A stretch of DNA of 27,201 nucleotides from a bacterium. Lineage in GTDB: Bacteria > BMS3Abin14. A program made the translations under genes and the position numbers. Below are positions 14,983-24,395 of the stretch, in pieces. The stretch covers positions 1 to 27,201 of the forward strand of contig JBGMRC010000002.1 of assembly GCA_048061075.1 (NCBI GenBank). The letters run 5' to 3'. The notes under the pieces were generated by a model. It was not told the DNA's origin, did no database searches, and saw only the letters and a list, made by a program, of their open reading frames with translations. Within the stretch, counting starts at the first letter, position 1, and each line of letters opens with the position of its first letter.

Positions 14983-15513
14983 GTGACAAAAACCGCCGAA
15001 AGAATAGCCGAAATCGCGATCGTCGCTCTTCTCGTCTTTCTCGGGATTCAGTTTCTCCCGAGTCGGACTCCCACGACCGAAATATCCATCAATATACTGG
15101 CAGGAGCCAGGGTAAAATCCATGGATCCGGTTGAATCCGCATACTTCAAAAAGGAGCTTGCGCAGGCAAGGCTGGTCGTTGACGGTGACGGCGATGCGGC
15201 CGATATTTTAGAAGAGCTTAAGAAGAAGTATCCCGGCCGCCACGAGGTCTGGGCCCTTTCGGCCCGTTTTCTGGAGGTCGAGGGAAAAAACCTGGAGGCG
15301 CTTTCACACTATGCTCGCGCGGTGCGTCTTAACCCCAACTATATAGAAGAGGATTCCCCCATTTTTCTCGGCCACAGGATAAAGAGTCTGACTAATAACG
15401 TTTTGGAGGACCTGATATTAAAAAAGAGGAGATCCGGGCTTTCACCCGGGGAATCGGAGTACCTTAAGATAGCCTACTTTCTCCGTCGGCGTATGGCAGG
15501 GGGTTGTGAATGA
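14983..15513 (+). CDS. Membrane-anchored TPR-like hypothetical protein with a C-terminal ...AGGCE
   Basis: N-terminal TM (IAIVALLVFLGIQFL). TPR-like helix pair (VWALSARFLEVEGKNLEALSHYARAVRLNP). ATGA overlap with yedE. Confidence 0.75.
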   Translation: MTKTAERIAEIAIVALLVFLGIQFLPSRTPTTEISINILAGARVKSMDPVESAYFKKELAQARLVVDGDGDAADILEELKKKYPGRHEVWALSARFLEVEGKNLEALSHYARAVRLNPNYIEEDSPIFLGHRIKSLTNNVLEDLILKKRRSGLSPGESEYLKIAYFLRRRMAGGCE

Positions 15514-16571
15514 AGTGGCTCAAAGGTGACGGTCTTCTCATAATGGCCAGCGGCCTTGCCCTTGGGTTTTTCGGGGCCGCGCTTGTCTTCTGGGGGAACC
15601 CTGCCAACTCAGGGATCTGCATCTCCTGTTTTACGGAGAACCTGGCCGGTGCGCTTGGACTGCACGCCAATACCCGCATGGCCTATCTCAGACCTGAACT
15701 TGTGGGGTTTATTGCGGGGGCTTTCCTCGTGGCCCTCGCTGGAAAAGAGTTCCGACCTCGGGCTGGCAGGCTTCCGGTTCACGGATTTATCCTCGGTGTT
15801 TTTCTCATTGTCGGTTCTTCCGTGTTCATGGGGTGCCCCATAAAGGTAATACTCAGGCTCGCTGCGGGTGACATGACGGCTCTGGCCGGTTTAGGCGGGC
15901 TGGCGGCCGGAATTTTCATCGGAATCCGCTTCCTGAAATCCGGCCTGGACCTGGGGGACGAGACTGCCCCGTCCGCACCCTTTCAGGGTGCAATAGTGCC
16001 GCTCATCTTTATCGCGCTTTTCATCCTTTCCCTGGCGGTTCCCGGACTGCTTATCAGGGGGGAAACCGGTCCCGCTGCCCATGCAGCACCCGTGGCAATA
16101 TCCCTTTCTGCCGGACTTCTGATAGGCGCACTGGCCCAGAGGTCCCGTTTCTGCGTTGCCGGGAGCTTTTCAAACCTGTTTCTGGCAAGGGATTGGAGCC
16201 TCATGAGGGGGTTGCTGATCCTTCTTGTTTCAGCGACGGCGGTCAACATCTACCTGGGTTTTTTCAGGATGGGGATGATGGACCAGCCCGGCTCCCATCC
16301 GGATCATTTATGGAACGGCATGAGCATGCTTCTTGTGGGTTTTGCGTCCGTGCTGGCAGGAGGCTGCCCCTTCCGTCAGCTGGTTCTGGCGGGCGAAGGT
16401 CTCGTTGATGCTTCAGTTGTCATAGTCGGTATGGTGGTGGGAGGCAGCATTGTTCATCTATGGCAGATAACCAGCACTGCGGCCGGACCGACACCCGCGG
16501 GGAAAGTAGCGGTCCTCCTGGGATTGATTTACTGTTTCGCAGTAGTCAGGTTCCACAGAAGGGAGGGTTGA
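15510..16571 (+). CDS. yedE: YedE-family putative selenium/sulfur transporter (YeeE/YedE)
   Basis: GNPANSGICISCF..N.AGALGLH...YLRPE..GF..G; two GCP motifs (GCPIKVILRL, GGCPFRQLVLAGEG); QRSRFC; multiple TM segments. Confidence 0.88.
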   Translation: MKWLKGDGLLIMASGLALGFFGAALVFWGNPANSGICISCFTENLAGALGLHANTRMAYLRPELVGFIAGAFLVALAGKEFRPRAGRLPVHGFILGVFLIVGSSVFMGCPIKVILRLAAGDMTALAGLGGLAAGIFIGIRFLKSGLDLGDETAPSAPFQGAIVPLIFIALFILSLAVPGLLIRGETGPAAHAAPVAISLSAGLLIGALAQRSRFCVAGSFSNLFLARDWSLMRGLLILLVSATAVNIYLGFFRMGMMDQPGSHPDHLWNGMSMLLVGFASVLAGGCPFRQLVLAGEGLVDASVVIVGMVVGGSIVHLWQITSTAAGPTPAGKVAVLLGLIYCFAVVRFHRREG

Positions 16572-16716
16572 AGATCCTCAGTAGAAACCCGGACACTCTG
16601 GCCGCCGAATCGGGATTTGGGCTCACCTTGCCAAACAGGCCTGCGGATGGTATCAGTTCGCAGGGAAACACTGTGGGATGCCCGATCCGCAATGCCCCGC
16701 CGGAGTGTAAACCGTT

Positions 16717-17892
16717 ATGACACGCAATAAATTCGTATATCTGAATAATGCAGCCACGAGCTGGCCAAAGCCCGAACAGGTAATTGAGAAAGTGTTATGG
16801 GCCTTGCGGGAGCTTTCCTCCACCCCCGGAAGGGCGGGGTATTCGGCCCTTCAGGGTGAACGGGAGATATTCGAGACAAGGGAGGAGGTGGCGCGGCTTA
16901 TCGGCGCCCAGGACAGTTCGCGGATAATATTTACCTCCAACGCCACACAGGCACTGAACCTTGCCATCACGGGTTTTCTCAGGGAGGCCTGTCACGTAAT
17001 TACGACCTCCATGGACCACAATTCTATTGTAAGGCCCCTCGCCAGAGCTGAAGATGAAATTGGTGTGGAGGTGACACGCGTTCAGGCCGACGAAAAAGGC
17101 ATGGTCGGGGTGGGCGCGGTAACAGAAGCGATCACTCCCCGAACCAGACTGATCGTTCTGACCCATGCATCCAATGTCGTCGGATCCATACAACCCGTGG
17201 AGGAAATATGCGGTGCACTGGGAACCAGCGATGGGGTTCGGCCGGTTGTGCTGGTAGATGCCGCTCAAACAATTGGTGTTCTTCCACTGAATGTGGCCAA
17301 AACGGGGATCGATCTGCTAGCCGTACCGGGTCATAAATCCCTGTATGGACTTCAGGGAACAGGCTTTCTGTACATTGCTCCGGGAGTGGATCTCGTACCC
17401 ATTATTGAAGGAGGTACAGGAGGGCAGTCAACCCTTGTCAGGCAGCCGGAGGTACTCCCGGAAAAGTTCGAGGCCGGCACTCCGAACACGCCGGGAATCG
17501 CGGCGTTGGGAGAGGCCATCCGTTTTATACATTCACGGGGGATCGACAACATCAGAAACCACGAACAGAAGCTTATTGAGATCCTCATTGAGGGTCTTTC
17601 GAAGATCCAGGGGGTTGTTCTGTATGGGCCCGCCTCTCCCGATGAGCGGGTAGCAGTCCTTTCCTTTAACGTAAAAGATCTTGATCCTGCCGAGGTGGAG
17701 TCGTTTCTGGAGCAGACCAGGAGCATTCAGTTACGAGTTGGCCTGCACTGTTCTCCCATGTCCCACAGGACCATTGGAACATTCCCTGAAGGTACTGTTA
17801 GGGTGAGCCCCGGGATTTTCAGTACAGAAGAGGATGTCCTTTCCCTCGTGGAGGGGGTACGGGAGCTTCAGAAGTTCAGGAGGAAAGATTGA
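16717..17892 (+). CDS. Cysteine desulfurase/selenocysteine lyase family, class V aminotransferase
   Basis: YLNNAATSWPKP; FTSNATQALN; THASNVVG; DAAQ; PLP lysine in PGHKSLYG; FEAGTPN; catalytic loop RVGLHCSP. Confidence 0.92.
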   Translation: MTRNKFVYLNNAATSWPKPEQVIEKVLWALRELSSTPGRAGYSALQGEREIFETREEVARLIGAQDSSRIIFTSNATQALNLAITGFLREACHVITTSMDHNSIVRPLARAEDEIGVEVTRVQADEKGMVGVGAVTEAITPRTRLIVLTHASNVVGSIQPVEEICGALGTSDGVRPVVLVDAAQTIGVLPLNVAKTGIDLLAVPGHKSLYGLQGTGFLYIAPGVDLVPIIEGGTGGQSTLVRQPEVLPEKFEAGTPNTPGIAALGEAIRFIHSRGIDNIRNHEQKLIEILIEGLSKIQGVVLYGPASPDERVAVLSFNVKDLDPAEVESFLEQTRSIQLRVGLHCSPMSHRTIGTFPEGTVRVSPGIFSTEEDVLSLVEGVRELQKFRRKD

Positions 17893-18215
17893 ACGCTGAT
17901 CCAGGATCCTCTCGGGAAACCTCCTCAAACTCCTGTGTGGCTGTGTTTAAAACGACCCACCTGACCCTGAAGGCGGAAAAAGCGCTCAAAGATACCGGAG
18001 TCGAGCACCGTACAGTCATGAAGCCGCGGAAGATAAGCAGTGACTGCGGCCTCGCGATACGGCTGGATCCCTCCGATGTGGACAGGGCGAAGGATGTTTT
18101 TCTCAGCTCTGCCTGCCTGCCTGCCAGGATCTTTCACCTGGTTGGCAGGGAGTGGGAGTGTATGATGGAAGTGGATTCTGAGAACCTTTCAGGAACAGTG
18201 ATCCGGGAGTGGTGA
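17889..18215 (+). CDS. DUF3343-family protein (selenium/sulfur-cluster associated)
   Basis: F.TTH.TLKAEK.LK..G......KPRKISSDCGLAIR matches the DUF3343 pattern. TTGA overlap with the desulfurase stop. Confidence 0.8.
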   Translation: MNADPGSSRETSSNSCVAVFKTTHLTLKAEKALKDTGVEHRTVMKPRKISSDCGLAIRLDPSDVDRAKDVFLSSACLPARIFHLVGREWECMMEVDSENLSGTVIREW

Positions 18216-18216
18216 T

Positions 18217-19164
18217 TTGAGGAAGTACGAAGATCTTGAATCCATCAGAGAAAAAGAAGTCGGCTGTGTTGCTGCTGTAGGCAACTTCGATGGTGTTCAC
18301 ACTGGTCACCGGGCGATCTTTCGGGAAACTGTTTCAAGGGCCGAAGATATTGCTGCCGATGGCCTTGTCCTCACCTTTTCGAGGCACCCCGCTGCCACCG
18401 TAATGCCGGATAACAAGCCCAGTGTGATAATGACTGTGGCAGATCGCCTCCGGATCGCCTCCGGCCTGGGGGTGAACGCCGCCCTGGTCCTGCCCTTTGA
18501 CAGACAGACAGCGTCAATGATCCCGGAGCAGTTTGTCGAAGAGGTTCTTGTGAATACACTGTCAGTATCCGCTGTTGTTGCCGGGCAGGGGTGGCGGTTC
18601 GGAAAGGACAGGGCAGGGGATGTGGATCTTCTTTCGGCCCTTGGGCGGGAGAGAGGGTTTTGTGTTTACAGTGTCCCGTCTGTTTTTTTTAAGGGACTTC
18701 CCGTCAGCAGCACCAGGATCAGAGATACCCTTTCTGACGGTGACGTTGAGGGTGCGAGAAATCTGCTGGGCAGACCCCACTTTGTCAGAGGTACTGTAAT
18801 TGAAGGCCAAGGGCGGGGGCGGGGACTCGGTTACCCCACAGTGAACCTGGATTGTGGTGATGTGATATTGCCCGCCAATGGTGTATACGGAGCGGCTTTT
18901 TCATTTGAGGGACGATCCGGACCTGCTGCTGTGAATATCGGGACCAGACCAACATTCGGAGGGGGGCCCCTTACGGTTGAGGCGCATCTTTTCGAGATCG
19001 ATGAGAGACTGTATGACAGTGAGATAACGCTGTCTTTTCTCGCAAGGCTCAGGGACGAGATGACATTCGAGGATGAACATTCCCTGAGGGAGCAGATATC
19101 AGAGGATGTAAAAAGCGCGGTAAAGATCTTCTCACAGATCAGTTCGAGAGGCATCTCATTTTGA
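18217..19164 (+). CDS. ribF: Bifunctional riboflavin kinase/FAD synthetase
   Basis: GNFDGVHTGH; SSTRIR; GRGLGYPTVN; NIGTRPTF; VEAHLF; LR.E..F. Confidence 0.96.
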   Translation: MRKYEDLESIREKEVGCVAAVGNFDGVHTGHRAIFRETVSRAEDIAADGLVLTFSRHPAATVMPDNKPSVIMTVADRLRIASGLGVNAALVLPFDRQTASMIPEQFVEEVLVNTLSVSAVVAGQGWRFGKDRAGDVDLLSALGRERGFCVYSVPSVFFKGLPVSSTRIRDTLSDGDVEGARNLLGRPHFVRGTVIEGQGRGRGLGYPTVNLDCGDVILPANGVYGAAFSFEGRSGPAAVNIGTRPTFGGGPLTVEAHLFEIDERLYDSEITLSFLARLRDEMTFEDEHSLREQISEDVKSAVKIFSQISSRGISF

Positions 19165-20039
19165 AAAAGATATCTGACCGACCGAGGTTATACGTTATCG
19201 GCTACCCGGTGTCCCATTCGGTTTCACCGGAAATTTTTAATGAGGCGTTTCGGGACACTGGGATGGAAGTTGAATACAGGGCTCTTCCGATCTCCCCGGG
19301 TGATCTTTCTCATGAAGTTGCCAGGCTTATCGCCGAAGGCGCCCTTGGGTTTAATGTAACTTTGCCCCACAAGAGAGCGATAATACCCCTCCTCGATATC
19401 GTGGATCATATGGCCTCTGAGGTGGGGGCGGTGAATGTTGTTGCCGTAGACGAAAAAACAGCCAGAGGATATAATACTGATATCTTCGGTTTTGAGTCCA
19501 GTTTAGATTATCTGGGAGTGTCGGACATCTCCGGCGGAAGTGCCCTTCTCCTGGGAAGTGGGGGTGCTGCCCGGGCGGCGGCGATATCCCTGGCGCGTAT
19601 GGGAGCCGGCAGGATAATAATAGCCAATCGAACACTAAGCAAGGCAACCGAACTCGCCCGGACTCTGGAGGGCTTATATCCGGAAACAGAGCTTTTGGCT
19701 GTGGACATAAGATCTGAGTTATTAAAGAGTTCTGTCGGTGATCTCGCTATCTGTGTTCAGGCTACATCTCTGGGACTGTCCGGGGATGATCCTCTGCCCA
19801 TGGATCCTTCGACCCTGCCGGGAGGCTGTTTCGTGTATGATCTCGTTTACGGAAAAGATGAGACAGCCTTTGTTCGGAGGGCAAGAGAGGCAGGTCTGGT
19901 CTCTGTGGACGGCAGGGAGATGCTCATCAGACAGGCTGCGGGTGCTTTTGAGATCTGGTTTGGCATGCCAGGACCTCTTGAGGCAATGAGGAGGGGGCTC
20001 GAAAGGGCACTTGGTTGCGGTAACCTCTTGACAAGATAA
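19161..20039 (+). CDS. aroE: Shikimate dehydrogenase
   Basis: IGYPVSHSVSP; GFNVTLPHK; GAVN; GYNTD; GSGGAARA; NRT; YDLVY; MLIRQAAGAFEIW. Confidence 0.95.
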   Translation: MKKISDRPRLYVIGYPVSHSVSPEIFNEAFRDTGMEVEYRALPISPGDLSHEVARLIAEGALGFNVTLPHKRAIIPLLDIVDHMASEVGAVNVVAVDEKTARGYNTDIFGFESSLDYLGVSDISGGSALLLGSGGAARAAAISLARMGAGRIIIANRTLSKATELARTLEGLYPETELLAVDIRSELLKSSVGDLAICVQATSLGLSGDDPLPMDPSTLPGGCFVYDLVYGKDETAFVRRAREAGLVSVDGREMLIRQAAGAFEIWFGMPGPLEAMRRGLERALGCGNLLTR

Positions 20040-20108
20040 CAGATTCGAATATAGCCTATAGGGTGGAACGCAGATAATGAAAACATACCTGAGAGGACGG
20101 AGAAATAT

Positions 20109-21902
20109 ATGGCCGCAGCGCGATTAGGTGAGATGCTGGTTAAAGCCAACCTGATCAGCGAGGATCAGCTTAAACAGGCCCTTGAAGAACAGAGTAAATC
20201 CGGTGGCAGGCTCGGCTATAATCTGGCGAAGCTCGATATCATGGAAGAAGGCGATATCGTTGCCTTTCTGAGCAAGCAGTATGGAGTACCCTCTATAAAC
20301 CTTACCGAGTTCGAGATCGATTCCAATATCATAAAACTGATTCCGGGAAAGACAGCCAAGAAATATCAGCTTATTCCTGTTAGCAGAACCGGCGGTACCC
20401 TGACGCTGGCAATGGCGGATCCTACCAACGTTTTCGCCCTGGACGATATCAAGTTCATGACCGGCTACAACGTTGAGCCGGTTGTGGCATCCGAGACCGC
20501 CATCGAAGACTCCATCATGAAGTACTACGAGTCGGGGGGATTCGGTGGGGGCAAGGCATCCATCGACGCAGCCGAATTCGATCTCAGTGAGCTGGACGGA
20601 GGTACATTCGACGGGGAGATGGAAGCGGGCCCTGTAATGGACGTGGATGAATTCGACAACCTGGTCAAGGGTGCCGTGGACGAAGTCGAAGTCGTGGAAG
20701 ATATTCAGGATGATATCCTGTCTGGTGAGGTGGACGCGCCCATCGTAAAGCTTGTTAACGGTGTCCTCATAAAGGCCTTCAAGATGAAGGCCAGTGACAT
20801 TCATATCGAGCCCTACGAGAAGATCATGAGGATACGCTACCGCCTGGATGGTGTCTGCAAGACCATGATGAACCTCCCCCTCAAGATCCGCAACGCGGTG
20901 ATCTCCCGCGTAAAGATCATGTCCAAACTGGACATCGCCGAGAGACGTCTTCCCCAGGACGGCCGGATCAAGATGAAACTCGGCCGACGCGCCGAGGTGG
21001 ATTTCAGGGTTTCAGTGCTTCCGACCCTTTTTGGTGAGAAGGTTGTCCTCAGGCTTCTGGATAAATCAACCCTTCAGCTCGACATGACGAAGCTCGGATT
21101 CGAGAAGCTGGCTCTGGGGGAGTTCAAGGAGGCTATTCACAAGCCCTACGGCATGGTACTTGTCACGGGCCCCACAGGCAGCGGGAAGACGACTACTCTT
21201 TACTCCGCGCTGGCGGACCTGAACCAGGAAGATGTGAATATCATGACGGCTGAAGATCCTGTTGAGTTCAACCTTATGGGTATAAACCAGGTGCAGATGC
21301 ACGATGAGATCGGGCTGAACTTCGCCGCTGCCCTGAGATCTTTCCTTCGCCAGGATCCGGATATTATCCTCGTTGGAGAGATCCGTGACTACGAAACGGC
21401 CGAAATAGGGATCAAAGCCGCCCTTACAGGACACATGGTGCTGTCGACCCTGCACACTAACGATGCGCCCAGCACGATCAACAGGCTGCTTAATATGGGT
21501 GTTGAGCCGTTCCTGGTGGCTTCGGCCGTTATCATGGTTGTCGCCCAGAGGCTGGCGAGAAAGGTCTGCGACTCATGTAAACAGGTTATCGATGTCCCCG
21601 CCAAGGCTATGGAAGATATCGGCTTTACGAAAGAAGAGGTCAAGGAGGGCATCACCTGTTATGCCGGCGAGGGCTGCAACACCTGCGGTGGTACAGGCTT
21701 CAAGGGCCGGGTAGCCCTGTATGAAGTCATGTTTGTGAATGATGAGATAAAGGATGTGATCCTTCAGGGAGGGACTACATTCGAGATAAAGGAAGCCGCG
21801 ATTCGTGCCGGAATGATGACCCTGAGAATGAGCGGTTTACATAAGATAAAAGATGGTGTAACGACTATTGAAGAAGTTCTCAGGGTTACCTTCGGAGATT
21901 AA
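20109..21902 (+). CDS. pilB: Type IV pilus extension ATPase
   Basis: N-terminal MshEN-like RLGEMLV...; ASDIHIEP; ERRLPQDGR; Walker A GPTGSGKT; LRQDPDIILVGEIRD; HTND; Zn-binding CxxC...CxxC (CDSC, CNTC); GRVALYE. Confidence 0.97.
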   Translation: MAAARLGEMLVKANLISEDQLKQALEEQSKSGGRLGYNLAKLDIMEEGDIVAFLSKQYGVPSINLTEFEIDSNIIKLIPGKTAKKYQLIPVSRTGGTLTLAMADPTNVFALDDIKFMTGYNVEPVVASETAIEDSIMKYYESGGFGGGKASIDAAEFDLSELDGGTFDGEMEAGPVMDVDEFDNLVKGAVDEVEVVEDIQDDILSGEVDAPIVKLVNGVLIKAFKMKASDIHIEPYEKIMRIRYRLDGVCKTMMNLPLKIRNAVISRVKIMSKLDIAERRLPQDGRIKMKLGRRAEVDFRVSVLPTLFGEKVVLRLLDKSTLQLDMTKLGFEKLALGEFKEAIHKPYGMVLVTGPTGSGKTTTLYSALADLNQEDVNIMTAEDPVEFNLMGINQVQMHDEIGLNFAAALRSFLRQDPDIILVGEIRDYETAEIGIKAALTGHMVLSTLHTNDAPSTINRLLNMGVEPFLVASAVIMVVAQRLARKVCDSCKQVIDVPAKAMEDIGFTKEEVKEGITCYAGEGCNTCGGTGFKGRVALYEVMFVNDEIKDVILQGGTTFEIKEAAIRAGMMTLRMSGLHKIKDGVTTIEEVLRVTFGD

Positions 21903-21953
21903 TTCAGCAACGGACTGCAACTGAACTGATCGATATTTTTTTGGAGGTGCTTT

Positions 21954-23147
21954 ATGGCACAGGGTACGGGACAGGGACCGGCAGCCTCCGGGAGGGAAGG
22001 GGCTGAATTATCCGGAAAAACTACCAATATTCACCAGCTCCTTAAATTCATGGTGGAAAACGATGCCAGCGATCTCCATATAACACCGGGAACGCCCCCA
22101 CAGCTGAGAGTTGACGGGAAGCTCAGGCCGCTTAATGTGGATATGATGGGACCTGCTGAGACGAAAAAGGTAGCCTACAGCCTTCTGACCGATGCGCAGA
22201 AGCACACTTTCGAAGAGGAAAGGGAACTGGATTTCTCCTTTGGTGTAAAAGGGCTGTCCAGGTTCAGGGCAAATATGTTCATGACCCGGGGTTCGGTGGG
22301 TATGGCCATCCGTACGATCCCCTTCGAGACCTGGACCTTCGAAGAGCTGGGCTTGCCTCCGATAGTCGAAGAACTTACGAAGAAACCCACTGGTCTTGTT
22401 CTTGTAACGGGGCCCACAGGGAGCGGTAAGTCAACGACCCTTGCGGCGATGGTGGATCGAATAAATACTTCCCGGAACGAGCACCTCATCACTATCGAGG
22501 ACCCCATTGAATTTCTCCATCCCCATAAGAACTGCGTGGTGAACCAGCGTGAGGTGGGCTCCGATACGGATTCTTTCAGGAAGGCACTTAAATACATCCT
22601 CAGGCAGGATCCCGACATCGTCCTGATAGGTGAGATGAGAGATCTGGAAACGATCGAAGCTGCACTGAAAGTGGCCGAGACGGGCCACCTGGTGTTTGCC
22701 ACGCTGCATACCAACGGTTGTGTCCAGACCATTAACCGGATCATCGATGTATTTCCTCCCTATCAGCAATCCCAGGTCCGGGCGCAGCTCTCCTTCGTCC
22801 TGGAAGGTGTTCTTTCCCAGACCCTCCTTCCAAGGAAAATGGGTGGGCGCATGCTGGCCTTGGAGATAATGATCCCCAATGCAGCAATTCGCAACCTGAT
22901 CCGAGAAGACAAGGTACATCAGATCTATTCCAGTATGCAGGTTGGGCAGACAAAGTACGGTATGCAGACCATGAACCAGTCCCTCCTGGACCTCCACCAC
23001 AAGGGTGTTGTCCACCTTGATACTATCCTTGGCCGAACCACTAACCCGGAGGAGCTGCGCCAGATGCTCAGCCAGGCCGGAGTCAATCTAACCGAGGTAA
23101 GCGGCTCAACTGTGAGGGTCGAAAGTCCCGCCGGACCACGGCGGTAG
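21954..23147 (+). CDS. pilT: Type IV pilus retraction ATPase
   Basis: ASDLHI; GPTGSGKST; TIEDPIE; QREVG; LRQDPD; GEMRD; AETGH; AIRNLIRE motif. Confidence 0.97.
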   Translation: MAQGTGQGPAASGREGAELSGKTTNIHQLLKFMVENDASDLHITPGTPPQLRVDGKLRPLNVDMMGPAETKKVAYSLLTDAQKHTFEEERELDFSFGVKGLSRFRANMFMTRGSVGMAIRTIPFETWTFEELGLPPIVEELTKKPTGLVLVTGPTGSGKSTTLAAMVDRINTSRNEHLITIEDPIEFLHPHKNCVVNQREVGSDTDSFRKALKYILRQDPDIVLIGEMRDLETIEAALKVAETGHLVFATLHTNGCVQTINRIIDVFPPYQQSQVRAQLSFVLEGVLSQTLLPRKMGGRMLALEIMIPNAAIRNLIREDKVHQIYSSMQVGQTKYGMQTMNQSLLDLHHKGVVHLDTILGRTTNPEELRQMLSQAGVNLTEVSGSTVRVESPAGPRR

Positions 23148-23175
23148 TGATCCCGTTAAATCGGGGAGGTAACTG

Positions 23176-24387
23176 ATGCCTGTATTCAAGTGGGAAGCTC
23201 GGACAAGGCAGGGAGATATAAAGAAGGGTGAGTTGGAAGCCCAGAATACAGAAGCTGTCCACTCAGCCCTGCGCAGACAGGGGCTCAGCCCCATCAAGGT
23301 CAAGGCCAAGCCGAAAGAGATCAAGATAAATATCCCCGGACTGCGCGGCAAGAAGATAAAGGAAAAGGATATTGTCGTCTTCACGCGACAGTTCGCGACC
23401 ATGATCGATGCCGGACTGCCCTTGGTCCAGTGTCTCGAGATACTTGCCGGACAGGCTGATAACAAGATGCTGGGGAGCACGCTTTCCAATATCCAGTCCG
23501 ATGTTGAGGGTGGAGCCTCCTACGCTGAAGCACTGGAAAAACACCCCAAGGTGTTTGATACGCTTTATGTGAACATGGTGGCCGCGGGGGAGACCGGCGG
23601 TATTCTCGATACTATCCTGAACCGTCTGGCCGTCTATATGGAGAAGGCTATTGCTCTGAAGAAGAAGGTTAAATCCGCTATGGTCTATCCCCTCTCCATC
23701 CTTGCAGTCGCTGTGCTGGTGGTGGCTATCCTCATGGTATTTGTTATCCCCAAATTCGCGGATATGTTTATCGGCTTTGGAGGAGAGCTGCCTGCTATCA
23801 CTCAGATAGTGATTAATATCAGCCATTTTGCGGCGAGTTGGAAGATGGGTGTGGTGGTGGCCGGTTTTTTCTTTTTTGTATTTATCATGAAGAGATATTA
23901 CGGCACCGAGAATGGCCAGAGGAGGATCGACCGCATTTTTTTAAGGCTCCCTGTGTTCGGTATGCTCATCCGGAAGGTCTCAGTGGCAAAGTTCACCCGG
24001 ACCCTCGGGACAATGCTCTCGAGCGGTGTGCCCCTGCTCGATGCTCTGGAGATCTGTGCCAAAACTTCGGGAAATAAAGTGGTAGAGGACTCTGTCTTCT
24101 ACACAAAACAAAGCATCAGTGAAGGTAAGACGGTAGCCGAGCCCCTGGAGGAGACAGGGGTATTTCCCCCGATGGTTGTTCAAATGATCAGCGTGGGAGA
24201 AGCTACTGGTGCCCTTGATGCCATGCTCAGCAAGATCGCTGATTTCTACGACGAGGAAGTAGACACGGCTGTGGATGCCCTTACCTCGTTAATGGAGCCG
24301 ATGATGATGGTCTTCCTCGGGGGCGCCATCGGTTTCGTGGTCATCGCGATGTACCTGCCGATCTTCAAGATGGCCGCACTGGGCTAA
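23176..24387 (+). CDS. pilC: Type IV pilus inner-membrane platform protein
   Basis: FTRQFATMIDAGLPLVQCL; GETGG.LD; AMVYP; SSGVP; GEATG.LD.ML.KIADFY; EP.MMV...AMYLPIF. Confidence 0.97.
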   Translation: MPVFKWEARTRQGDIKKGELEAQNTEAVHSALRRQGLSPIKVKAKPKEIKINIPGLRGKKIKEKDIVVFTRQFATMIDAGLPLVQCLEILAGQADNKMLGSTLSNIQSDVEGGASYAEALEKHPKVFDTLYVNMVAAGETGGILDTILNRLAVYMEKAIALKKKVKSAMVYPLSILAVAVLVVAILMVFVIPKFADMFIGFGGELPAITQIVINISHFAASWKMGVVVAGFFFFVFIMKRYYGTENGQRRIDRIFLRLPVFGMLIRKVSVAKFTRTLGTMLSSGVPLLDALEICAKTSGNKVVEDSVFYTKQSISEGKTVAEPLEETGVFPPMVVQMISVGEATGALDAMLSKIADFYDEEVDTAVDALTSLMEPMMMVFLGGAIGFVVIAMYLPIFKMAALG

Positions 24388-24395
24388 AGGAAGAT

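Noticed and set aside
15499-16571. UGA stops of the TPR gene and yedE as possible selenocysteine codons
   Set aside because: The TPR UGA is an ordinary ATGA overlap. The yedE protein is already full length, its read-through has no recognisable content, and I see no convincing SECIS hairpin.
3627-19163. Frequent TTG starts (3627, 11176, 14162, 17889, 18217, 19161)
   Set aside because: Several result from stop/start overlaps or uncertain start calls. The sample is too small to claim a special initiation system.
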